Shown here: positions 1 through 8,680 of the stretch, piece by piece
Position numbering within the stretch: the first letter of the stretch is position 1
How the letters are laid out: every line of letters begins with the position of its first letter
Source of the DNA: Stegastes partitus
Taxonomy: Eukaryota
Length of the DNA: 10,379 nt
Assembly: GCF_000690725.1 (NCBI RefSeq)
Contig: NW_007578902.1
Location: 103,695 to 114,073, forward strand
Direction: 5' to 3'
Program-made: the position numbers and the translations under genes
The notes under the pieces: model-generated
Told to the model about the DNA's origin: nothing
What the model saw: the letters and a program-made list of their open reading frames with translations, nothing else
The model's database searches: none

Positions 1-500
1 ATGCTAACGCCAAAAAAATGAATGCAAATAATGACAACTAATGCTAACAATTGATGCTAATGTCAACAACTAATGCCAATGCCAAAAACTGCTGTTAATG
101 CAGACAATTAATGCAAACGCTGAAACCTAATGCAATCACCGACAACTAATGCTACCGCTGAAGACAAATGCTAATGCCAACAACTAACGCTACTGCTAAC
201 AACTAACACTAATGTCAACAACTAATGCTAATGCCAACAACTAATGTTAAGGCAGACAACTAATGCAAAGGCTGAAACCTACTACAAACGCAGACAACTA
301 ATGCTAACACCGAAGACAAATGCTAATGTTGACAACTAACCCTAATGTCAACAACTAAAGTTAATGCTGACAACCAATGTGAATGGCAACAATTAATGCT
401 AACACCATAAACTAATGTCAATGCTGACAACTAATAGTAAGGCCAACAAGTAATGCTAATGCCGACACCAGTGCTAATGGTTAGTGCCTCATGCTAACAG
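1..500. repeat. Minisatellite / satellite-like tandem array; monomer ~19-20 bp (consensus roughly CAACTAATGCTAATGCCAA); higher-order ~150-bp periodicity (segment ~100-250 repeats at ~250-400); truncated by window start
   Basis: Direct reading shows 'ctaatgctaa(c/t)gccaacaa'-type units iterated more than 20 times. The longer blocks 'gcagacaa(t/c)taatgcaaa(c/g)gctgaaacct...gaagacaaatgctaatg' recur at ~100-180 and ~246-326. The array lies in the intron downstream (3') of exon 14 of the minus-strand gene. Confidence 0.8.
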
Positions 501-635
501 CCAACGGAACCAATTCCAAACGAAACTGCTGAGCTAAACAGCCAGACTTTTAAATAAATGACAGAAAAAGGAAAAGCTGTTTGGTCACTGAGTGGAATCC
601 AGTTATGAGCTGCTCAGATTTAAGCGCCAACACAC

Positions 636-716
636 CTCGTGTTCAGCTTCACTGGCGTCCAGACAGCCGTCTTCGTAATCCCTGATGACGGCCCTCGCTG
701 TGAGCTTGTGGAGAAA
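636..716 (-). CDS. Exon 14 (last recovered in window) of VIT-VWA gene; 81 nt, phase 0/0; encodes FLHKLTARAVIRDYEDGCLDASEAEHE
   Basis: Acceptor is catgtgttcag|TTTCTC and donor is CACGAG|GTGTGT. The frame is open with 27 codons. The peptide is compatible with the region after the VWA domain of VWA5A (recalled human ...IHRLAAKSLLQTKDMG...). Phase fits the chain from exon 12/13. Confidence 0.5.
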
Positions 717-1026
717 CTGAACACATGCACACAATTGAAAGGAAAATCACTTGTAAGCTCATCATTTATTTAGTATGTTTTCCAGAGAAACAGCTGAATG
801 CTGGTTGTAGTGATATGAGATGTGTGTGATGTACAACAAAAGTCAAAAATAGAGATTTTAGAGTGCTCGTTTGGTAAAGTCAGGCTTTCTTTCTGTAAAT
901 GGGATCAACAAAACCTAAAACCCCAGTCAGAGATAATGGACATCCCAACCCGGTTCTCAGTTTTTAAAAGAGTGCCATGATAATCATACATTAGTTGTAT
1001 AACGGTGCGAATGTGTGCGTCCTTAC

Positions 1027-1107
1027 TGTGCCTCTGGTCTTCTGCAGCTCGCTGGTCGACACCATGGTCTGGAGCTCCTGACCGCTCAGGTTTCCGAACA
1101 GCGTCGC
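1027..1107 (-). CDS. Exon 13 of VIT-VWA gene; 81 nt, phase 0/0; encodes ATLFGNLSGQELQTMVSTSELQKTRGT
   Basis: Strong acceptor tgactcttcatacag|GCGACG and donor GGCACA|GTAAGG. The frame is open and differs from the longer overlapping six-frame ORF 905-1123, which is out of phase with exon 12. Homology is weak, so the call rests on splice sites and phase. Confidence 0.45.
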
Positions 1108-1266
1108 CTGTATGAAGAGTCATACGACCACAAACAGCTTCTGAAGTCTGGATATTTCTTTCTAAGCCTTACTGCCTTAAACTATCAGTCAAAGAAACCA
1201 GCAAAGGCAGCACCAGACAAAAGTAGTCCTGAGTATAAATTGTGTACCTGTGTCTGAGTTGCGTAC

Positions 1267-1437
1267 CTGAGTGCAGTGCGGCACGAAGCCGTACACCAGC
1301 GTGTGACAGTCATTGAACAGAGCGTGCAGCTGCTTCGGGGCCTGAACAGCAGGGGGCGCCGTCGGGTTGAACTGCTGCCACTTGACCGACACCGAGCTGC
1401 AGCCGGGAGACGCCATTCGCTTCACTTGCCGGGACAC
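1267..1437 (-). CDS. Exon 12 of VIT-VWA gene; 171 nt, phase 0/0; encodes VSRQVKRMASPGCSSVSVKWQQFNPTAPPAVQAPKQLHALFNDCHTLVYGFVPHCTQ
   Basis: Acceptor is ctgttggctgctgcag|GTGTCC and donor is ACTCAG|GTACGC. The peptide is co-linear with recalled human VWA5A ...TLKRSLQPVVEDVSLSWHLPPG...IFRGQRLISYAQL. It joins exon 11 to give NWAEK|VSRQVKR. Confidence 0.7.
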
Positions 1438-1477
1438 CTGCAGCAGCCAACACAGGTTAGCAGAGGAACAGCCAGGA

Positions 1478-2220
1478 AGACGCACAAAACAACCACAAAG
1501 ACACATAAAACAACTACAAAGAGCCGTAAACACAGAGAGACAAAGATTAAAAACACAAAATGACCAAAAAGAGCCAACTCCCTCCCACAAGGATACACAA
1601 AATAACCATGACGAGACACCAAACAGCCACAGAAAAACACAATGTAAAGACAATATAATATAAAGAGACACAAAACTATCACAAAAAGACAAAAAGCATA
1701 GAGGCAAAAGCACAAAATGAAAATGCAGTAGCACAACCCCTGATCCCACACAAAACTATCACAAATAGACAAAAAACAATCAGACAAAGAGAAACACAGA
1801 CGCAAAACAACCATAAAAAGACACAAAATTACCACAAGACATGACAAACAACCAGAAAGACACAAAACACAAATTAAAATGCACAGAAAATTATCACAAA
1901 GAGCTATAAACATAGAGAGGCAAAAATCTAAAACACAAAATGAACATAAAGAGCCACACTCCCCTCACAAGGACGCACCAAATAACCACGAAGAGACACA
2001 AAACAACCACAGAAAGACACAAAACAACCACAAAGACACACAAAACAACCAGAAAGAGACACAACAACCACCAGAAAGACACAAAAAATAACCACAAAAA
2101 ACATAAAACAACCAGAAAGAGACACGAAACCACCAGAAAGAGACACAACAACCAAAAAGAGACACAAAACAACCACAAAGAGACACAAAACAACCAGAAA
2201 AAGACACAAAACCACCACAG
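1478..2220. repeat. A/C-rich (plus strand), T-poor complex minisatellite; ~21-bp subunit (AAGAGACACAAAACAACCACA-like) nested in ~70-80-bp and ~380-bp higher-order units (1520-1635 ~ 1900-2015)
   Basis: Direct reading shows iterated 'cacaaaacaaccacaaagaga' units. The two long segments beginning 'aagagccgtaaacacagagagacaaagattaaaaacacaaaatgaccaaaaagagccaactccctcccacaagga' and 'aagagctataaacatagagaggcaaaaatctaaaacacaaaatgaacataaagagccacactcccctcacaagga' are ~85% identical and 380 bp apart. The array lies in intron 11 of the minus-strand gene and ends ~40 nt from the exon-12 acceptor. Confidence 0.85.
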
Positions 2221-2557
2221 ATTATGTCCTGAAGCTTCCCTTGCAGACCAGATGCTAATTTTTCACCGACGCTAAACGTCCAATTAAAATGTTTCGCTGC
2301 ACTGACAGATTTCTGGTCACATGACCACACGACCAAGAATCTTTGCACACTGGAGCCCTGAACACACAATTGAACAAGTGAATGCTGAAAATGCTACTAA
2401 CTCTGACAATGAGCGACTAATGAGGGAGGTGCAGTGATTAATTAGCGCAGCTACAAGGTGAGCTGGTGACTGTGTGTCTTGCGTTGACTTCCTGTGACCT
2501 TGTGCAGGACAACAGAGGCTCGGCTAGCAGACGGATGTGATTAATTGAACGCTTCAC

Positions 2558-2657
2558 CTTCTCGGCCCAGTTGTGTTTGGTTTTTGGGTCGAAGAACTCG
2601 TAGGCTCCGCCCCCTGCCTGGGCCAAAGCTCTCAGCATGTGTCGGTTGGCTGTCGGG
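2558..2657 (-). CDS. Exon 11 of VIT-VWA gene; 100 nt, phase 2 in / 0 out; encodes (S)PTANRHMLRALAQAGGGAYEFFDPKTKHNWAEK
   Basis: Acceptor is atgtttctttcag|CCCGACA. It completes the codon AG|C = Ser with exon 10. Donor is GAGAAG|GTGAAG. The peptide matches the VWA5A region ...SLIKGIARA(S/T)GGTSEFITGKDRMQSK. Confidence 0.75.
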
Positions 2658-3258
2658 CTGAAAGAAACATCGACACACACACCTTTATATGTATAAAAAA
2701 ACTATAAAGTAAAGATAAACACAGCTTTCTTGGGACTTTATGTGTGTTTTGTTGCATTTAGTTTGGTTAATCTCAGTAGTTATTACTGCTGTAGCCTTGT
2801 ATTTATTCATGTACTGAACATTTTGTTAAACTCTGAGCATGACGAGCTAAGACGGCCTCGTTTACAGAGAAGCCGAGTAAGAAAATCAAAGACGTCGGCA
2901 CACACATAAGAACCTTAGATCGCAATAAAATATCAAAAGACAAAGTTATCAGAAAAATTGTAGGTATTATTCAGAGCAAAATCAAATGAATCAACAAAAA
3001 CGAGAGCAGCTGGAAGCAGAATAACATGATCGCCTGAAGGACTAAAAAAAACCCCCAAAAGCATCAATTTAAATTAGTCTTGTTAATGTCCATAATTAAA
3101 ACACTGCAGGGTCTCAGTTTTATTATTTATTATAGACAGGTAAAGGCATTTATATCCCTATTATGTAAATTAATCAGATCGATTCACACAGTGAACAATG
3201 CTACAGGGGCTTAACGTCAACATTTACACCTAATTAATAGTTAATTTGTAACACCAAT

Positions 3259-3291
<33 letters not shown>
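3259..3291. repeat. Compound microsatellite (TA)6(TG)10
   Basis: Direct reading: tatatatatatatgtgtgtgtgtgtgtgtgtg. It is intronic, in intron 10. Confidence 0.95.
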
Positions 3292-3881
3292 CATGGTAGA
3301 GACTGCGATCTGGTAGAATCGGCGATTGAGATGAAATTGTTGATAGAAATTGTCAGAAATATGATCAAATTATTCAATTACAATTCCCCAGGAAGATGAA
3401 ACCACATCCACACTGAGCCACAAAAGACCCTAACGAACCCCACTGTGTCAGGGGGAGCACTAACGACCCACATAACGAGGGGGAGGAGCAACAAACCCCA
3501 AATTAAAACTGAGCTGTTCATGGCTCCTTAAGGATAAAAGTATCTGAAACTCCCAACTAGTCAGTCAGAGCTGATGAAGCCTCTTGGATGAGAGGTGGAA
3601 CGTCTTCAAGGAACTCAAGCAAGTCAAGCTGCTACGATTAATCTACCAGAAGAACCACGACCTGAGAATCTTAACAATTTGAAAAAAAGTTGCTGAAGTG
3701 ATAAAAGTGGAGCAGTCATGTGAACACCATAAGTTTCCCATGACTGAAGATTTAGTTGGTTGATTGATTTGTGAAAACAAAATAAAACAAAACACTTTGT
3801 GAATTAAACAGCATCACAGAGTGTAAAAGTACAGTACAAAGCAACAAAAACAGTGTCGATGTGAGGTTTTCTTTACGATAC

Positions 3882-4066
3882 CTGAGTCCGCAGGTGAAGA
3901 GGCGGCTGTGCTGAGCGTCGTCTCGGAGCAGCTTCAGGCTCACTTCTGAGTTCTGGATGTGTCCGTCCGACAGCAGCAGCAGGTTTCGGACGCCGGCGGA
4001 CGGAGGAAGAAGGCTGAGAGCTCTCAGGGGCCTCCAGAGCTCGGTGCTGCCCCCTACTGAGGAGTA
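3882..4066 (-). CDS. Exon 10 of VIT-VWA gene (C-terminal half of VWA domain); 185 nt, phase 0 in / 2 out; encodes YSSVGGSTELWRPLRALSLLPPSAGVRNLLLLSDGHIQNSEVSLKLLRDDAQHSRLFTCGL
   Basis: Acceptor is ttcctctccctgctgtggtcag|TACTCC and donor is GGACTCAG|GTATCG. The peptide is co-linear with the VWA5A region LGGTEILAPL...LF(V/L)FTDGEV...R(C/L)FSFGIG. An in-frame stop lies 11 codons upstream of the acceptor. Confidence 0.8.
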
Positions 4067-5226
4067 CTGACCACAGCAGGGAGAGGAAACATCAGCTCAG
4101 GTTGTGTTATTCAGACAAAACATCAACTTCGTCAACCCTGAAGGAAATTCTTGAGCCAGATATTGCTCTGAAAAACCAAATGGTGATTTATGAACAACGG
4201 TCGTTCAGCAATGAGACTCAGACGGACCGAAAGACGACAAAAATGCCCACGTTTTTATGTATGAATTGTTATTGTAGAGGAAGCTAAATGCACTTATTCT
4301 GAAAAGTCTTCCAGTCAATATTATTGAGGGTGACTAGCCTAAAAAAATCTGAAGTTTAGAAAAACTAACACAACTTTAACTGCAACGACATGAAAACAGG
4401 AATAGATATCAAAACGTGGATTTCGTTGAGTAACATTTAAATCCTTGTGACCTCTTTAAACTCTGAATGAAGTTTCTACTGTGAAACCTTCCGAAGCTAC
4501 CGGGGTCCAAAGATGGCTTCCTTTACATTTCAATGGGGATTTGTAACACCACATATTTCGTAAATAAATGTAGGATGAATCGCTACCACGAGTCAAAGCA
4601 CACCACTCCTGATCGATGTTTTTATATATGGTTTATGGGTTTTCTTAAAGCTGCAGGACGAGTGAGGCGCCGAAAAAGACTTTATAGTAACAAACCTGAT
4701 GAACAACAATAAACGAGCTTCGACGGTTATACATCGGCGCACTTAATAAGTACGATACAAGACAAAAGAGGCTAGAATAGAACTGTAAAAAGTAATAATA
4801 TAGTAATATCACACATAATGATGAAATATTGAACAATACATCGACGATGCTGTACACGGAATGAAATGGTACACATGATAGAGAAGCTGATATTGCACAA
4901 ACTGTTGAGAAAACTGTGTCCGTGAGTCAGGACATTAACAAAGCACTGATGAAAATATGACAGTTATAATTACAGAACAAAAACAAAAGCAATGTTTCAT
5001 TAAATTAGGCTGATGTTAAAGGTGTCTGAACTGTGCTCAGGTGGCACTACAGCATAGAAACAAGCACATTTTGCCTTTATTTCCTTTATGATGATTCAAA
5101 TAAAGTTAATTTCATATTACTTAAAATTGTACAACAATACAGTAAAGTGTTGACATTATTTTATAGTTTGTATCGACGCTAAACATTTCCAGGCTTCCAG
5201 GATGAGCATAACGCATCATAACTCAC

Positions 5227-5288
5227 CTTAATGAAACTCTCAGCTTCCTGTTTGACTTTGCTGAGCGGCTGTGCTGTGGGGAAAGCTT
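5227..5288 (-). CDS. Exon 9 of VIT-VWA gene; 62 nt, phase 1 in / 0 out; encodes (E)AFPTAQPLSKVKQEAESFIK
   Basis: Not present in the ORF track because it is too short. It was found by searching the minus strand for the segment needed between exon 8 (ends in phase 1) and exon 10 (starts in phase 0). Acceptor is gatcacaaag|AAGCTTTCC and the donor is a consensus TTCATTAAG|GTGAGT. The peptide matches the VWA5A 'YEACFPESVKYTQQTMEEALGRVK' region through the E-A-(C)-F-P motif. Phases fit on both sides. Confidence 0.6.
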
Positions 5289-5929
5289 CTTTGTGATCTA
5301 ACACGTAAAAAAAACACAAAGTCCACATCAGGATAACACCACTGACTGCTGCAGCTGTTCGTCAGTTTTGCAAAAAATATTTAACCGACTGATTGAAAAT
5401 GTTGTATTTGATTAATCAAAAAGCAACTTTCATGTAAAAGGAAAGGCTGATGAAACCTCTTCACAGAACTCCTCATGCAGTTGTTCATGTTGTTATCAAA
5501 ACCAAAGAAGTGTTGGATTAGTTCCTGGTGTGTCGTACAGTTTTAGTATCGGAGAGCCTTTCACCTTTATGCTGACGATGCTGCTATTTATATCCCCAAT
5601 TTTCACATTTTACAAATTCAGATTTCCTTCCAGTCCAATCAAAGCTGGTTTAACAACAACAGACTTGTAGTGAACACAAAAAAGAACAAGGAAAAGCAAC
5701 GTACTTGCTCATATCTTTTTAACCAGAACATGATTTTTGACATGATGGAGCTGATACCGTCAAATATGTTGGACTTTGGACAAACCCTGAATTCTCCTTC
5801 AAACTCCACATTTTAACTCAAAAACAGAATCATTTTTCACTTGATCTTCTGACTGACACTGTTTCTTTTTTTCTGTTATTCCCTCTCTATGCAGATTTGT
5901 TTAGAGGTGTCTGTACAGAACTTATCATT

Positions 5930-6180
5930 GTTTCTTATACGAATCGCTTAAATGGTTGCGGCCTAAATCTCTCACTGGGTTCTGCTCATTTTCAAATTCG
6001 TAACTTTGATGGAACAAAACCGAGCTATCTGGCCACAATGAGCAGAAATATGTTAGGAGGAGAGAAGGTGAGGCCTTGAACCCCAAAAACACCAAACGTA
6101 CCATTAAGCATGGAGGTGGCAGCATCATGCTCTGGTTCTGTTCTGCTGCCAGTGGACCTGGAGCTTTACACACAGTACCT
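5930..6180 (+). mobile_element. Degenerate Tc1/mariner (Tc1-like, Sleeping-Beauty-like) transposase fragment; frameshifted and truncated; antisense to host gene, in intron 8
   Basis: Plus-strand translation gives ...[30 protein letters not shown], then after a +1 shift [35 protein letters not shown]. This matches the recalled Tc1-like transposase core ...[67 protein letters not shown]. There is no intact ORF and no recognisable terminal inverted repeats in the window. Confidence 0.7.
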
Positions 6181-6186
6181 AAGTAA

Positions 6187-6213
6187 ATTTTCTATGATTC
6201 CATCATAGAAAAT
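6187..6213. repeat. Perfect 12-bp inverted repeat with 3-nt loop (ATTTTCTATGAT tcc ATCATAGAAAAT)
   Basis: Direct reading. It sits immediately after the point where the Tc1-like transposase similarity ends. Confidence 0.9.
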
Positions 6214-6616
6214 GCAGAGTTCTAGGAGTCACTGGAAACAAGACTGAATGATAAACATGGACTTTACAGGTGGATGGAAACTTTGGTTCATGACTGTATT
6301 TCCTTTAATTTACTGCTTCAAGTCGTCTTGATGTTCTAATGTTAAAGAAACCTTTTTATGCTTTTAGTTCAATATTTTTTTTTCAGTTTTCCGCTCATTA
6401 TTGCTTTGAGTCATTGGAAACCAAACTGCTTCTGATGCTGACAGATTGTTTCTTCAACAGCTGAGGTCAGGAGGGTGAACCAGCTGTTGTATTAGTGTAC
6501 CTGTAGTGTTTATTTGGTATTTGTGTTTTTAGCCTTTCCATCCTTTCAGTGAATTAAAATTGAAACTTACTTTGTCTGTATTTTCAAAGTTGCATCATAA
6601 GTTGCATAAAACCGAC

Positions 6617-6806
6617 CTGTGCCGAACAGAATAACGTTGACTCTGACGTCGCGGTCGAGGTTTTTCAGAACCTGCAGGGCGATCCTTCGGGCCGAGCGCA
6701 GAGGTTCTCCCTTCATGGACTCAGACATGTCCAACAGCAGGACGACTTCATCGGCTGATGAGCTGGAACCGACCTCGAAGTCCGGATAGAACACCAGCAT
6801 GCAGGC
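6617..6806 (-). CDS. Exon 8 of VIT-VWA gene (start of VWA domain with MIDAS D-M-S-E-S); 190 nt, phase 0 in / 1 out; encodes ACMLVFYPDFEVGSSSSADEVVLLLDMSESMKGEPLRSARRIALQVLKNLDRDVRVNVILFGT(G/E)
   Basis: Acceptor is ccgttgctccttcctccag|GCCTGC and donor is GGCACAG|GTCGGT. The peptide matches VWA5A ...SFYPNIPE...EFIFLMDRSGSM...CYFNIYGFGS. The DxSxS MIDAS motif is intact. The six-frame ORF 6567-6800 runs on into the intron and terminates there. Confidence 0.75.
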
Positions 6807-6883
6807 CTGGAGGAAGGAGCAACGGACGGTTGAAACAAGGAGCTTCAGGGTGACGGAGAGAAAAGTCGGACCGATGGACGGAC

Positions 6884-7021
6884 CTGGCTGTCCTTGTCAG
6901 GGTGTTGTTCCACCCACATCCTCGGCATGTGGACCTTCGACAGCCCGATCGACAGCTGGAACCCGTCAGAACCCATCACCTCTCCTGGTAGCACACTCAG
7001 CACCGCCTTACAGTCAGTTCT
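6884..7021 (-). CDS. Exon 7 of VIT-VWA gene; 138 nt, phase 0/0; encodes RTDCKAVLSVLPGEVMGSDGFQLSIGLSKVHMPRMWVEQHPDKDSQ
   Basis: Not in the ORF track, where the antisense plus ORF 6799-7098 masks it. Acceptor is cctgttttttatctttttgtctgtacgctgtag|AGAACT, with an in-frame TAG exactly at the acceptor. Donor is GACAGCCAG|GTCCGT. The peptide aligns position-by-position with the recalled VWA5A region SAQVSLAAGHKFDRDVELLIYYNEVHTPSVVLE. Confidence 0.65.
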
Positions 7022-7284
7022 CTACAGCGTACAGACAAAAAGATAAAAAACAGGACCTTATGGCACAAGATCAAAAACAAAACCTGTTAGGAATTTAGTA
7101 TTCTATTTGAAAGCCTTCAACATTTAATTGTAGACTTTGATCTTCTGAACTTATGAAGCCCAGATTAAAACTTTGCTGACTTTTATAGGAGCCCAATAAA
7201 AGAGAATGAATAACTACCAACTATCTGCAAAATCCAGTTCATCAAAAACACGAGGGATGAAATGGAACAAAACAGCTCAAGTAC

Positions 7285-7366
7285 CTTCGTTTTGACCTGG
7301 TGAGTGACGCACTGCAGGCTGGTGATCTCGTAGGGCATCTCGATGGACATGTCCAGGGTGAACTCT
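7285..7366 (-). CDS. Exon 6 of VIT-VWA gene; 82 nt, phase 2 in / 0 out; encodes (R)EFTLDMSIEMPYEITSLQCVTHQVKTK
   Basis: Acceptor is ccttctccccgctgcag|AGAGTTC and donor is ACGAAG|GTACTT. An alternative weaker donor CACCAG|GTCAAA at 7297 would drop the VKTK residues. The peptide matches VWA5A ...PYTLSMVATIDSQHGIEKVQSNC. Confidence 0.65.
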
Positions 7367-7487
7367 CTGCAGCGGGGAGAAGGACGGCACACCTTTACAT
7401 CCACATGTTTGACAAACCGCGAGCTGATTTAGAAAAACTACAGATTCAAGCTGCGCACAAACAGTTGCGCTGCTTCGTGTGACTCAC

Positions 7488-7534
7488 CTCTGACTCGCCG
7501 CCTCATCGGTCACACACACCTTCTCCACCGTCAC
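7488..7534 (-). CDS. Exon 5 of VIT-VWA gene; 47-nt small exon, phase 0 in / 2 out; encodes VTVEKVCVTDEAASQ(R)
   Basis: Acceptor is atttatcggccgacag|GTGACG and the donor is a consensus AGTCAGAG|GTGAGT. The +2 phase is required by the exon-6 acceptor, whose first base completes AGA. Spacing relative to VWA5A (VLPAV...EDLPYTLSM) leaves no room for a further exon. Confidence 0.55.
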
Positions 7535-7780
7535 CTGTCGGCCGATAAATTTGCAGCAACATGAGATTCGAGATTCTTTAATTGTTTCATCCTCGTAAAG
7601 TACAGACAGTGAACCGCGATGCGACCGTTGCAGAAGGCGTATCTGACGAAACCGTACGACGAACACGACTCGATCGATTCTTTCTGTTTTTGTAGTTTCT
7701 AAAATTTAAAATGTAAAAATCAGCTCCAATAAATGAAAGGTAAAAATCCCATTTTTTAAAAATTTATGAAGGGAAAAAAA

Positions 7781-7792
7781 TATATATATATA
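7781..7792. repeat. (TA)6 microsatellite within AT-rich intron 4
   Basis: Direct reading. Confidence 0.9.
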
Positions 7793-8349
7793 ACTGTCCA
7801 GATACACATTTTGAAATTCTAAATCAGATAAAACAGCTTTAACTGATAAAAAATACTACAAAAATTTCAGGACCAACAGAACTTGCATTAAATCGGATAC
7901 AAGAGGGCTGTTTGAAAGAAGAGACTTGAAGAAATACTGCTAGTAATTAAAAATATACTAAATAAATTTTTAAAAAACAAGCACTAAGATTAAATAAAAC
8001 CTTCATTCAGCCTTTCAGGAGTTTCTATTTGAGTGAACTCCAGCATGTTCGTGCTGACAGTCAGCGATGAAGTTCACCCGCTAAGTGACAACATTTTCTT
8101 CGTTACATGTGGAAGGCGAAATTATTTGCTGCAGGACAAAACATGACATTAACATGTGGCGACTGGTTTTGTTTTGTTTTTTATTCACTTGAGAAAAGTG
8201 TTTTATATTATAAATTATGAGGCCTGAAGAATGCCGGAGAAAAAAAAACGACCCAATTCCATGTACTTCAAGGGCCTGTAGCTGAAAACACTCATTAGAG
8301 GGTTACCAAAAAAACCAAGTGGCAGGTAAGCAGGTGGGACTCTTCTCAC

Positions 8350-8514
8350 CTGTGTGGTCTGGTTCAGCGCCGCGCCCTCCTGCCACGGAGCCACACTCCC
8401 CGGCAGAGAGAACTGAATGGTCCCGTCCCGGACGATCAGCTCGGACACGAAGGTGACTTTGATGAGGACGGTCGCACCTGGAGGCAGGTTTCCCACGCTG
8501 ATGGTGAAAACGTC
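8350..8514 (-). CDS. Exon 4 of VIT-VWA gene; 165 nt, phase 0/0; encodes DVFTISVGNLPPGATVLIKVTFVSELIVRDGTIQFSLPGSVAPWQEGAALNQTTQ
   Basis: Acceptor is ttgttcccgccgtag|GACGTT and donor is ACACAG|GTGAGA. The peptide is co-linear with VWA5A DVFSCNVGNLQPGSKAAVTLKYVQELPLEADGALRFVLPAVLNPRY. Confidence 0.8.
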
Positions 8515-8593
8515 CTACGGCGGGAACAAAGACGAAATGAATGAAACGAACAGAAGCCTGCGAGAAGCCAGGCGTCGGTAGACCTGGACCTAC

Positions 8594-8680
8594 AGGTGCG
8601 TCCTGGTCCATCAGGTAAGCTCCGTGGCCCGCAGCAACAGCCTGCCGGTACTCTTTACGAGCCGTCTCTTTCTCCTTCAC
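8594..8680 (-). CDS. Exon 3 of VIT-VWA gene; 87 nt, phase 0/0; encodes VKEKETARKEYRQAVAAGHGAYLMDQDAP
   Basis: Acceptor is tttgtgtgtttgttcag|GTGAAG and donor is GCACCT|GTAGGT. A 79-nt intron follows. The peptide matches VWA5A ...ELQDKMKARTNYEKAISQGHQAFLLEGDSS. Confidence 0.75.

Noticed and set aside
480-600. Possible further exon (SGCLAQQFRLELVPLAVSMRH*) on the minus strand just before the minisatellite
   Set aside because: The acceptor is weak, no convincing donor is present, the frame terminates inside the repeat, and there is no recognisable similarity to the VWA5A C-terminal region.
905-1123. Minus-strand ORF 905-1123 (72 aa, MTLHTGDAVRKPERSGAP...) as the exon-13 reading frame
   Set aside because: It is out of phase with exon 12 by 1 nt. 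The alternative frame between the strong acceptor at 1108 and the GTAAGG donor at 1026 is open and phase-compatible with exons 12 and 14.
1189-2369. Seven long overlapping ORFs (60-186 aa) on both strands across 1189-2369, including Cys/Leu/Phe-rich minus-strand ORFs and His/Lys/Thr-rich plus-strand ORFs
   Set aside because: These are compositional artefacts of the A/C-rich minisatellite. The plus strand has almost no T and the minus strand almost no A, so stop codons cannot occur. The peptides are low-complexity and periodic, have no splice or start context, and lie inside an intron of the VWA gene.
3560-3670. Short stop-free plus-strand stretch translating to SLLDERWNVFKELKQVKLLRLIYQKNHDLRILTI with protein-like composition, in a region 3400-3700 with small internal direct repeats
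   Set aside because: It is only ~35 codons long, has no start or splice context, and matches no family I recognise. It may be a relic of an interspersed repeat, but this cannot be supported without a database search.
6799-7098. Plus-strand ORFs of 60-108 aa (6799-7098, 9294-9620, 1276-1563, 1367-1663, 7300-7482) overlapping minus-strand exons
   Set aside because: Each lies antisense to a homology-supported, GC-rich coding exon of the VWA gene. Antisense frames of GC-rich exons are commonly open. The peptides are Arg/Pro/Ala-rich and low-complexity, with no homology.
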